A DNA stretch of 55,328 nt, counting the filler, from Sphacelaria rigidula (Eukaryota), in NCBI GenBank assembly GCA_964200075.2. It is 4 parts of 4 records of this genome, joined end to end, with 100 filler letters (N's around TTAATTAATTAA, not from the genome) between each part and the next. Parts side by side here need not be neighbours in the genome. Positions count along the whole stretch, not along the records: positions 1 to 13,760 come from CAXNAA020002684.1; positions 13,861 to 27,617 come from CAXNAA020002685.1; 2 more parts are not named here. One strand, written 5' to 3'. The translations under genes and the position numbers were made by a program. The notes beneath the pieces are model-generated. The model was not told the origin of the DNA. It was given only the letters and a program-made list of their open reading frames with translations, and ran no database searches. Shown piece after piece: positions 10,617 through 21,216 of the stretch; within the stretch, counting starts at the first letter, position 1, and every line of letters begins with the position of its first letter.

Positions 10617-12288
10617 CCAGTGTTATTCCTTTTCAATGTTATGGAGGCGGTGTTTTTGCAGGTTTGACGCCGAGAAAATCCGCACCTCGAAATGACGCCG
10701 AAACTTCGAAGATGTGTTGATTGGTACTACAGCAAGGTGTCGGAGCGACAGCCGTGGCTGCACAAGGCGGTTCGGGCCCATTCTACCCAGATTCGTTGTT
10801 TTTTTACCACCTCCTGCCTGACGACGAATACAGCATGTACAACTTCGGTCAGGCTCGCAGACCGCACAGATCCTTCAGGCGTCATCGTCAATCTTCGCCC
10901 AGTTAGGAATATACACTCGCAGAAAACCAGAAATAAACAGCATCTAGGCCCCACCACACATGTGAGGGTCTAGGCTGAACGTTTGCCGGTCCAAAAAGCT
11001 CGACACGTCAAGGTTCAGCCTATCTCACGCGACCGCTGCGTTCTGCCATGGACCCTGCCCCACGTACCCGACAAGTGGGCAACACCCCCGTACAGACAGT
11101 AGCAATACTAGCGGATACAAGATCCTGACAGTCTGGCAGCCGACAAGGTAGTTATGATAGTGCCCTTCTAGCGATATCAACTTACAGTGCACTGTTGCAG
11201 AGTTCACAGGTAAATATTTTGGCGATTCCCTCACCTGCAGTTCGCCCACATGTAGTGGATTTTTCCACCATTTCACCGCGCCAGATTATATGTGAAAATG
11301 TATCAGATCCTGCATTATTATATGTTGAAATATCCTAGAATGACTGCTGGACGAAGATTCTACAGTCAGTACGAAGACGGTGTTGAAAGTGTACTGCGCA
11401 CAGTATACAACATATTGCCGACTATAGTTTGTGTAATACTCGTACCTCAAGCAGGTAACTGCAACGCTACCCTTCGAGACAACAGAGTGTAAAAATCTCA
11501 AGGGTATGAAATGCTACAGGCGGCTTTCGCGCCATAGCGGCTGTGTTACCATACAGCTTCGCCCAAGATAAAGGCAGCCATGACAGCAGCAGAGGCGGCC
11601 TTTCACTCCTGCGTGCGCAACCTGGTGCAAACGCACGCTGTAGCTGCAACATGGAGAGCATTACAAAATGTGTCGTAGCGATACAGGGCGTAGCGAAGGT
11701 TCACATCCCGGGTACACGTTGACCGCAGATACAAGTGGTTGCATGCATGATGCGGCGAACTGCATAGGACAGCGTGATTTCAATGCAATACAGGGATAGG
11801 CTCAGGCTAAGGATGTGATGTTCTGTGCTGTGCTTCGTCACCCTGCACCCTGCACCCTGCCGCTGAGCAGTGAGCAGGTAGTACCGCCGAAAGCGTAATG
11901 CCGCGGTTGGTACGCAGTGTCGAGCGCATAGGAGCAAACAGCATATACATTGTGTACGTGTGTTTCAAAAGCGATGCGCACAGAGTGGGACCCGCATCTA
12001 GGGAATCCTGCACCAACTCGCCCTGTTCTAGCGGATACAAGAATATTTTCAGCAAAAGCCGCTTGCGACATGTGCTGTAACGCATCTCATACGTCATCCA
12101 GCTTTCTCCCATGTGCGGCATCGCCCGTGAAGCGAGCTGTTGAAGCTAACAGTGCCCAACCCTCCTCCAACGATGACCTCCTACCTGAGCTCGAGAGAAT
12201 TGAAACTGCGGAACACGACTTCAGCTAAAAGGACGTACACCTCACCGTGATATACCGCCTCCATAACGTCGAAAAGGAATAACACTGC
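10617..12288. mobile_element. 1.67-kb non-autonomous TIR DNA transposon
   Basis: TIRs CAGTGTTATTCCTTTTCAATGTTATGGAGGCGGT / ACCGCCTCCATAACGTCGAAAAGGAATAACACTG. Flanks read either as TA (Tc1/mariner-like, one terminal mismatch) or as CTAC. Homologous copy at 33414-34960. Confidence 0.85.
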
Positions 12289-12404
12289 TACTGTGAGTGA
12301 GGGGAGAACAGATTTTTCTACGCGTAGCCATGCGGAGAATCTTTTTCGCGGTTAGGATGAATCAGAGTTCATACGAGTCGACTCCTCATGGTGTGAAAGC
12401 AGTT

Positions 12405-12880
12405 ATGCTGCATCAACTGTTGGTCCGCTGAGTCGAGGGTGGATAACACATATGCAGCGCAGTCATCTTGGGCGCATTACAGCTGTGAGAAAATCACGCG
12501 TGGTTCCGGGCCCATCGGAAGTGAAGATTCAACCTGTACAACTTGCTGGTCCCGCATTAGCCCAAAGGTGGGAAAAATGCACGGGAGCTCACCTCGAACG
12601 ACTTGGTCAAGCAAGTTGTACATGACGTTCCCGACGCATGATGGTAAAAAGTGCGTGGTATGTACAATCGATGCATTCAAATTTACAGTGCAGGGTTGAC
12701 TATGTGCCCATTATGTACTCCGGTATTCATGGAAGGTAGGAAGCGGGTACCTTTGGGCTATACTGCACGACGCACGAGCTGAGAAGCTGTATGAATTACA
12801 AATGATGTACGAATAGTATGATTTATTCGTTGAAATGATGAATACGAGTTGAATCACGATTTGAGTTTTTCGTCCTAACC
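12405..12880 (+). repeat. Unclassified interspersed repeat
   Basis: Blocks TTGGTCCGCTGAGTCGAGGGTGGATAACAC, CAAGCAAGTTGTACATGACGTTCCC and AATTACAAATGATGTACGA recur at 27718-28040 and/or 28825-29300. Confidence 0.8.
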
Positions 12881-12959
12881 GTGATCTTTTTCTCTTCGTT
12901 TCCAACTACGATCGTGATTTCATCACCCTCGTACAAGAGACCCGTCGCGAAGGAAAAAC

Positions 12960-13300
12960 CAGGGGTCTACACGTTACACGTGCCGCCATGTTACCTGTTA
13001 CGTCCACGTTACGTTTTGGCCGAAACGTAACGTGAACGTTGCCGAAACGTAACGTGAACGTTTAAATTTGTTGTACGTGATGAACGTAACGTGAAATTAA
13101 CGTAAAATTTTCAAACGAAACGTTGACGTATCGTCAAGTTTTTTTTAACCTGCCAAACGCAACGTAACGTGAACGTTAAATTGCCCGAACGTTCAAAACA
13201 CGTTATAAGAAACGTTTCATGGAACGTGTAACGTCTATTACACGTTACACGTGCATTAGACCTGACACGTTCCATGAAACGTCGTGAACACGTTGCATGA
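12960..13300. repeat. ACGT-rich degenerate repeat (AACGTAACGTGAAC motifs)
   Basis: Dense short ACGT palindromic motifs in both orientations; probably MITE-internal. Confidence 0.7.
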
Positions 13301-13760
13301 AGCGGTGCACACTTCAAGTTCGCAATGAATTTTGAAATCCTTGAAAGACGAAGTAACTACGATACAACGGTACAAGTACAGGCCGTGTATTTTGCCAACA
13401 GTACGAGGTTACAATTACAGGCTGTACTTTGCAAACAAAGTACAAGTGGAGGCTGTACTCGACACCTTGTACGACTTTATTCCCTACTACATACAGGCTG
13501 TACTCTCCAAGAACAGCAGTGCAAGGTTGCCTGACCACACGTCGGACGGGTCACTTTTTATAGGACGCAGGTCATACAGCTCGAGTGTAAACACACCTGT
13601 GTACCCGATTCAGATGATACAATTAAAGCCGTGAATGAAGGCCTTACCGACCAAAACTCCGTTACCCACAATAAATCAAATGAATGGGGACGGATATTGA
13701 AGACGTATTGAAGACGTCATAGACTGGTCAGGCCTGTGCCGAAACTGATCTGTGTTGTGG

Positions 13761-13860
13761 NNNNNNNNNNNNNNNNNNNNNNNNNNNNNNNNNNNNNNNN
13801 NNNNTTAATTAATTAANNNNNNNNNNNNNNNNNNNNNNNNNNNNNNNNNNNNNNNNNNNN
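13761..13860. other. Artificial contig linker N44-TTAATTAATTAA-N44
   Basis: 100-bp spacer with stop codons in all six frames. Confidence 0.99.
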
Positions 13861-14184
13861 GGGACGGAGCACGCCGGGTTCTCGCCGGACCAGGCTAAGA
13901 GATGACGGGAGGGGGGGGGGGGGCGTACTCATTTGTTGCTTGCCTTAGTCGTTTGACCATTGACCACGCATCCCTTTCGAGACGGAGCAATATGTATGCT
14001 GAAACATCACCAAGATAAACACCGCCCGGCCCCAGTCACGGGCCACAACAAAAGGTGTACTCCACGCGCCAAAGACCGTCACCTCATCGACGACAACATT
14101 GTTGATATGGTTGATATGCGTGAACGGGTACAAGATGATGGCCATGCAGACGTAAGTGAATCAAAACATGGAAGTCCGAACACA

Positions 14185-14338
14185 TCTGTTCCACCCCCCT
14201 TTTTTTTCTGCTCCTTCGTTTTGTTCAGAGCGCGTTTCAGTTTCGTTTTTCTTGGGTACGTCTAGCATGAGATCACGGCTGGACCCCTGGGGGGTCAGTT
14301 AAAAGTGCGACAACCAATCAAGCAATCAAAATCAATCA
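14185..14338 (+). mobile_element. 3' end of non-LTR retroelement with AATC tail
   Basis: Same GGCTGGACCCCTGGGGGGTCAGTTAA core and AATC tail as 5296-5470. Confidence 0.75.
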
Positions 14339-14381
14339 TCGTTTCACGTGAAAATTGGGACTCGCTCAAGGATCTTCTTGC

Positions 14382-14503
14382 CTGTTTGACAGCGTACTCC
14401 GATCCGGACATTCGATCTCTCACACGAAGAACCGTGGCGAACGAGCCCTTGCCCAGAACTGGCCCGGTGAAATCATACGCCTCATGAATGTCTCTATCCG
14501 TAA
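14382..14503 (-). CDS. Ser/Thr protein kinase (CAMK/CDPK-like) exon 2, subdomains I-II
   Basis: TDRDIHEAYDFTGPVLGKGSFATVLRVRDRMSGSEYAVKQ contains GxGxF and AVK. TAG acceptor after a pyrimidine tract; GC donor (CAG|GCAAG). The rest of the gene is not seen before the contig end. Confidence 0.85.
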
Positions 14504-15477
14504 CTAGTACGAAGAGAGAGAAGGAAACACGGAGTGCAAGGGAGTAGGGGATAGGGAGGAAAAAAACGTAAATAGAAATCACGCAAACACCAGCAGAAAC
14601 TTCGCGCCAACGTTGTGAAGTGTGTGTTACGGCATGGCCCATTTTTTTCATGTAACATTTCCTTATGTTTTGCTGCTCTACTTTCTTCGTTCCTCCTTCT
14701 TGACGTTTTTCCGAAAACGCAAGGAAACTTTTACTTTCTCTCTTTTGCTCGTGGACAACCACCGGTAAAAAAATACGGAGTAGTGAATCAACAATACGAG
14801 GAGCTTACTCGCGGTGAAACCTGGGTCCAGTCAATCAGGTCATCATTAGTCCAGACGTAAAATCAAATATTCAGATTTTCGAAATGGAACAAAAAGCAGG
14901 TGATGACAAACGTAACTGCTTGTGTTGACTCGAGGCGAGCTTACTTCAAGTCATCGCCTCAAATGCATGGTTGAACATACTTTGTTTTCGTCAAATCTCC
15001 AGGGTACTCCTGATCCCAAGCCTACAGTAACCCCAAAGCAGACCGAGTCTCCCTGTCGAAAGGAGGGTGCCGAAGGTCTTCCAGTCAAGAGTTTCGTAGG
15101 CCAAAGTGCGTTTTACCCACCCCGCACTGATACTTAGAACTGTCAGCCTCCGACATATCTGAAGGTAATGGCCCACATTACAACCAAGCGTGCTTCAACC
15201 TTGAATTTACGGTGATGGGTTGAGGTAAACGCTACTGATATATACATCATCACAAATCCTAGCGGTGAGATCGTATAATATAATACCACGTAGGACCCAC
15301 GGGTTCAAGTAGCGTACACCTTGTACATATCGTCAGCCACCCAGAAACCGAAAACCGTTGATACTGGACGATACCGAAAATTCGCACCAAGAGTAGCTGT
15401 TCCGTATTATTCTGTTTGAACTGCTTCAAGTCTCTAATTTGATGCGTACTCCATCAGTCACCCCAAATGTTACTTAC

Positions 15478-15508
15478 TCCCTCTATGTGTTGAAGATTCT
15501 CGGGTCAT
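15478..15508 (-). CDS. Probable first coding exon of the kinase (MTRESSTHRG)
   Basis: CAACAATG start with an in-frame upstream stop, GTAAGT donor; the phase-1 end matches the acceptor at 14503. Confidence 0.55.
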
Positions 15509-17089
15509 TGTTGATATAGCACCCCGTCCTCGCCCCCCCGCGCGTAGTGGGCAAAAATTGAGAGACCCGTTTTACCATCACAGGAGTATTTTCCCGCGTC
15601 CTTGTCCTCACAGACCGTCCAAACTCAACGCTAGTTTTGAACCCTACTTCTAATCCCAACAAAGACAGAACGTGAGCCACTCCTTGGGCAACAGAGGGCC
15701 CATGATGACTGCGCTAGTAAACAACAAACTCTAGGTAATAGATTCCGTTGTAAAAAGCATGTACTGCGTACAGTATGGAAGCCATTGTCTATCGCAGTAG
15801 ACGCAACAGTCGATACTGTACGCCGTACACTTTTTGACAATGTGATCTTTTGTCCAGGGTGTGATGGGCGCACAGTGTGCTGTGCGCTGGTAGACACGTG
15901 CTCTGCCAAAGTGCGTTGCGTACAGCGCTGGGGTACACTGTGAAGATCCGTTTCTGAGAAAACACGCGGCGAGAATACAGGCTTTGGTATCGACACTGCT
16001 GATGAACAAAGATATCCGTTTAAGCGGCCTAAAACGTTTCCTAACTCCTCTCGTGCAAGGAGAGGATGGCAGCCGTCATGCAACTCCGCAAAACAATTTC
16101 GTACCTCTCCCTTTTTTCGCAGTCATCACCTGAGTTTGTTTTTGCCGACCCGTGGTCAACTCACGTCGACTATCTTGGACAAAGTGCATGCCTACTCAAA
16201 AGCAGAGGAACAGCTGCTCATCACTTTTTCCGTGTAAATGTAACTCTGTCTCGGCCTTGCGGGTAAGTGCTTGGATCTCGAGTACCCCCACGCGCGCCCC
16301 ATTCCTCTCCTTCTCTGGCCAAGAACGACAATTTCATGTATGATGCCGCAACTGGAAGAGAAGCGGGCTCCATTATTTTTTTGTACATACCAGCCTCTGC
16401 GCATTTGCGTTCCAGGCTTTGTGTTCATATTCGTTACCAAAAAACAACGAAAACTCCAAGCGTTGAAAACACAGTAACGATCAACCCGAAGACCGAAAAT
16501 ATAAGTGCTATACACTCATTTCTCTTGTTTTTTCCTCTACTACACTGTGCTACCACCACACTGTGCATAGGAATCTCTTGCTTCTCTCTTACCGACGTTT
16601 ACGAGCTGGTGTACCGGTGCAGTCGGGGACAAGGACTTCGACCTGAAGAACCAAGGTGAATCATGGGGGAGTCAGGGAATAGGACACCAAAAAACAAACG
16701 CGGCGGCAGCAGACACAACACACGCGGTCGTGTGGTACGAAGTTTATGATGACAAAATGGCAAAGCAAAGTACTCAGGGGCACGGGGCGGGGGGAGTGGG
16801 GGGGTCTAACATCCACTAGACCCAGCAGTACTGTACTGTACCTTCGCTCCCTTTTGCCTGTTCGAAACATTCGTGTAAACTGCGGGGTACTTGAGTGAGT
16901 GATGCGTCTAGCACGGATCGCCCATCGGGACTTACCAACACTTCATCGTTGGCGGTGCTAGCTTCTGGTAGATATGCAGACTGTAAGGTCCTGAGGAATA
17001 CCATCACCGAGAAAGCGCTCGAGAATTTTGGATACCCAATGGGCTACCGCAAATTACAGGATTGTCATACCCATATACCTTAATGGTAC

Positions 17090-18716
17090 AAAGTTCGAGA
17101 GTACGCATGGATAGGGGAAACGCGGAAGGGACATAACCCCAGACGCACGGGAGCGGGGAAAGTAGGGTTTTTAGTCAAAGACAACCTGTGTGAGATCATA
17201 GAAGTGATCGAAGACACAAGGGTCGACGAGAGCGTGTGGATAAGGGCGCTAGGAGAGCGGGGAACGAAGGACTTCTTCGTAGGGAACATCTATGTGCCCC
17301 CAGAATCGAAGAGTAGGGTGAGCGATATGCAGCGGAGGTTTGGAGAGATAGCAGCAGATGTACAGAATCATCAAAGGCAAGGAGAAGTAATGTTCGTGGG
17401 AGATTGTAATGCAAAGGTTCGAACAGCAGGTCAACCGGATGATATCATTGGGCATCACGAGGAAGTAAAGAAGAACACGAATGAGGTAGAAATGCTAAAG
17501 TTCCTTGAGAAAAACGAGATGGAGACGCTGAACGATACAGCACAAAAGCCAGAGGAGCAATTGACATGGACTACAAAATGCGAAGACAAGAGATAACGCT
17601 CCGCTCTTGACTACATCGTGGTAGAGCAAGGAAATAGTAAGGAAATGGAAGTACATTTACGCGCGGAGGACGTGGGAACTACAGATCATTGCCTAATATG
17701 GACAGAAAGCCGACAGGCGAGAACTATGAAGAATAGGCCGGATACGGATTTGTACACATAGATAAACTAGAAATGGGAGAAGAACAGCACGAGTTCCCAG
17801 AAGATATGACCAAAACTGCAATGAAATTTTTCGAGCTGCTGGAAAGCGTAGGTACAGTAGATACTGAAATGGAAAGGGATCGGGCAGGAGCGACGATTAT
17901 AGGAGGATGGCAGTCCTTGGTCAAGAACAAGGCGAACAAAAGCCATAGGGAAGAAAACAAGTCGTATGCAACAGAGCAGAAAAATGGTGGGATGATGAAG
18001 TAAAAGAGGCTATAAGAGTAAGGAGAAAGGCCGACGCAAAAAAAATATCGAGGAAAACTACGGTAGGATGGAAGAAGTATACTAAAGCTCGAAAGGAAGT
18101 AAAAAATATGGTGGGAAAAGAAGAAGAAGGGAGTATGGGTAGATGTAGTGAACAAGACAAATGGAGATTTCGACGGCGGGATAAAACGAATGTGGGTAGG
18201 GATAAAGGGAACAATGGGAAACCAGGCAGGAAAGATAGACAAGGGGATAACCACATTATGGGCACAGAACGGTAACACGGTTATTAGTCCGAAGGAGGAG
18301 AGGGAAGTGCTACAAGAGCACTACCGTAAACTAGGAACACCAAAACCTAGCAAAAGCTTCGATACGGAATTCGAGGGAGAGACCAACGCATGAGCAGAGG
18401 CAAATATAGAGGTATCAAAGCGGGAGGACAGTGGCTTCACAGGATTGTAGACACTTCACAATAGGTGAAATAAAGTAGTGTGTTGCTAAACTCAAGAGCA
18501 GAAAGGCAGCAGGGGCAGACGAAATAGTGAATGCATTGCTCAAGTACGAGGGAGAGGGAAATGATTTCCATGACAGTTTTTCTGTATACTTAGATCTGGG
18601 AAAGGGGATACACACCCAAGAGGTGGAGAGAAGGAGTAGTAGTAAACCTTTCCAAGAGAGAAGACAAGGCTGACCCAGGAATGTTTAGAGGGGTAACGCT
18701 ACTGAGCACCGTCGGG
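17090..18716 (+). mobile_element. LINE relic: AP endonuclease to start of RT
   Basis: VGFLVK, VGNIYVPP, FVGDCNA, LDYIVV, TDHCLIW, KAAGADEIVN, RGVTLLSTVG; several stops and frameshifts. Confidence 0.9.
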
Positions 18717-18894
18717 ATGAAATTCCATGGTTAGTACGAATAAAATCGTGATTAGACTCGTGTTCAACATTTGAGAGAATCAACCATACGATCCGTACAC
18801 AAGTCGTGACTATATGTTTTGGGTTCGTGATTCGTACGACACCGCTTCGAGTGTACAGATTCCCAGTTCGTGATTCGTGCGGTACACCGTCAAA

Positions 18895-19300
18895 GGTACA
18901 CGTTTCCCACCCTCCATTCGCATTACGTGAATCATAGGTACATGTTTCCCAATGTCCATTCATTCAGCATGAATCTTGGGCACACGTTCTCCACCTTACA
19001 TTCATACAAGGTGAATCAAGCGTACATGTTTCCCAATTTTCGTTTACGCAGCATGAATCACAGGTGCTTGTTCCCTACCTTTCATTCGTACGAGGTGAAT
19101 CAAGCGTACATGTTTCCCAATTTTCGTTCATGCGGCACGCATCATACGTACATGTTCCCTACCTTCCATCCATACAAGAATACTCAAGTGTATATATTTC
19201 CCGCTTTTCAATTATGCAGCGCGAATCATGCGTACATGTTCTCCAGTTTTTGTTCACATGATTTAGATACATCATGTGAACATGTTGTTTCCCACCTGTC
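18895..19300. repeat. 42-bp-period minisatellite, ~9-10 degenerate units with an 84-bp dimer tendency
   Basis: TACATGTT(T/C)CC motif every 42 bp; translation shows 14-aa periodicity (FPNFRLRSMNHRCL / FPTFHSYEVNQAYM). Confidence 0.85.
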
Positions 19301-19627
19301 ATGACATGGGGCGCGACTCTTCGGTGGCGCGGCCCTGTTGCAGGTGGGGTAGGCAAATAAGAGCGTACAGGTTGCGAACCCCTCACGAGCCAAATCCGCA
19401 ATACCCAATTTCGAATTTTATACTTGAACGAAACACATCAACTATGGTAGCACAACACACGCGTCTGTGTGCTCAGAGCGGGTTTTCTAGTTTTTTTTAT
19501 CCCCGAGGTATGCTACTGACAGCCTTCGCGGTTTCATATTGTGTTCTGTGGTACATTTGACCTCAACACACTGAATACAATACCACGAACACTTGCGAAG
19601 AACACAGCATCAGCATGAGTTGTCCTC

Positions 19628-19790
19628 TGTGACGGTTCAAGAGACTACCAACTAGACTACTGACCAAGTCAGCGCTGACTTGTCAGGAGTCTAGTTGGTT
19701 GTCTCGTAGACCAAACCGTCACAAAAGTTAGTCGCTGGTTCGATTCCCGTCGGACGCACTTTCTTTGAAGAACAAAGAGGAGAGAAAACC
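19628..19790 (+). mobile_element. tRNA-like SINE head with an inverted partial copy forming a palindrome
   Basis: A-box-like AGTCTAGTTGG and B box GGTTCGATTCCC (19737-19748); 19628-19723 is an imperfect palindrome centred on AGCGCT. Confidence 0.6.
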
Positions 19791-20099
19791 TCTGGTAAAA
19801 ACCGGCACCATTTCTACTTCGAAAATACTGAAAATGATGCCGATTCACCGAAAGGCCCCTGCGTGCAAACGGCATGTTTTTGGGAGTCCGGTCCCCAAAA
19901 GGTTAGGGCTGCACAGTAAGCCTCATACATTCGTGCACCTGTAAGAAGCCCCAGAGAAAAAAGTGCACCATTACGGTGGCATCATTACTCAGAGATACTT
20001 CACCGAACGTGTCTCTATGAGCGGGTCCAACGAAAGCTCAGAGTCGTGAGATAATTTCTTGTGTGTACGTCCATTGCATACGTCTCGAATCTGCAGTAA

Positions 20100-20865
20100 T
20101 CTTCAACTCCAGACTGCTGGAAACGATCCAAGAATGCCCGAAAAGATCCTCCAGGCATTATTTGATGCTTTACACGCTGTCTGGAGTAGTTCGCTGAAGA
20201 TGCCAAAAAATGAAGTAACTCATTGGACGCTGTCATCCATGTGCAAGATATTCAGTACGCTTCGGGCCAAACAATCTCAGCAGGATGCGGCTGTAGCCTC
20301 CCATACCCTTGATAAGTATTATCGAGGTGTAGCTGTAACCATACGACACTGTTAAAGGCAAAACAACACATTTGAAAAATTCGTCAAGTGAACGCCGGTG
20401 GAACTTACATAAAAACGTGCTGGACACTTCATCCGGCTTAAGGGTTTTTGGAGGCTATTGCAAGATGAACAAGTGCGACGAGTACGAATTGCGCCCGTAC
20501 TTCACCAAACTCGTGCAGGACCGGCTCAAACGGAAGCTCATAGTAACGTAAGGTAGTTTCGATGTGTACGTGTATCGCATAGGCCTCGTGAACCAGCAGA
20601 AAGATTCAATTTCAGACTTCTAGAATTGGTCGATTAACGCCCGAAACCCAATCAATACCGAAACGCCCTCCAGGCGCTATACGATACCTCACACGTTTCA
20701 TGGAGTAGCTGTAACCACACAACACTGTAACAGGAAAAAACGACACACATGTGCGAATTGGTCAAGTAAGGGCGAATATAACTTACACTAAAACCATGTT
20801 TGCCACTCGATCTGGCTAAAAGATTGTTGCAAGATGAACGAGTGTGACGAGTACAAATTGGGCCA
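20100..20865. repeat. Unclassified repeat with internal duplication
   Basis: 20205-20300 matches 32205-32295 and the reverse complement of ~43240-43325; 20325-20495 is duplicated at ~20700-20865. Confidence 0.7.
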
Positions 20866-21216
20866 GTCAGAAAAAGTTGGGAAAATATGAGGATTTAGAC
20901 GTAAAACAGTGGTGTCACCGTTCATCCGACGCCAACTACTACGGTATAATAAATTATGTACTATTGGCCAGTCCTTGACAGACTTTCACTGAAGCACACG
21001 ATCAACGCAAGTACGATAACGGCGCCACGACGAAACAGATGGAATGTGGCGCTGGGATATCAGGACCCCACAGTCTCACGAACTGCTTCGCATGAAGAGA
21101 ATGAAACAACCTATGCCAACCACGTGTCGGTTGATACCGCTGACAAAATACGAGCAGACGCCAACACATGCCGCGGGTAATCGGAGCAACGAGATCGGTA
21201 TAAGGAATTACGTCAT

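Noticed and set aside
9400-13760. Downstream exons of the 14382-14503 kinase
   Set aside because: On a different contig across an artificial linker, and no kinase motifs were seen.
14382-14503. Kinase exon as the catalytic domain of the GRK gene
   Set aside because: Different contig, has its own probable start exon, and the sequence looks CAMK-like rather than GRK-like.
16066-16660. Divergent gene upstream of the kinase
   Set aside because: Splice-like signals exist, but no recognisable protein or consistent model.
16870-17080. Copia RT fragment (minus-strand WVSKILERF)
   Set aside because: Single short motif among stops; insufficient support.
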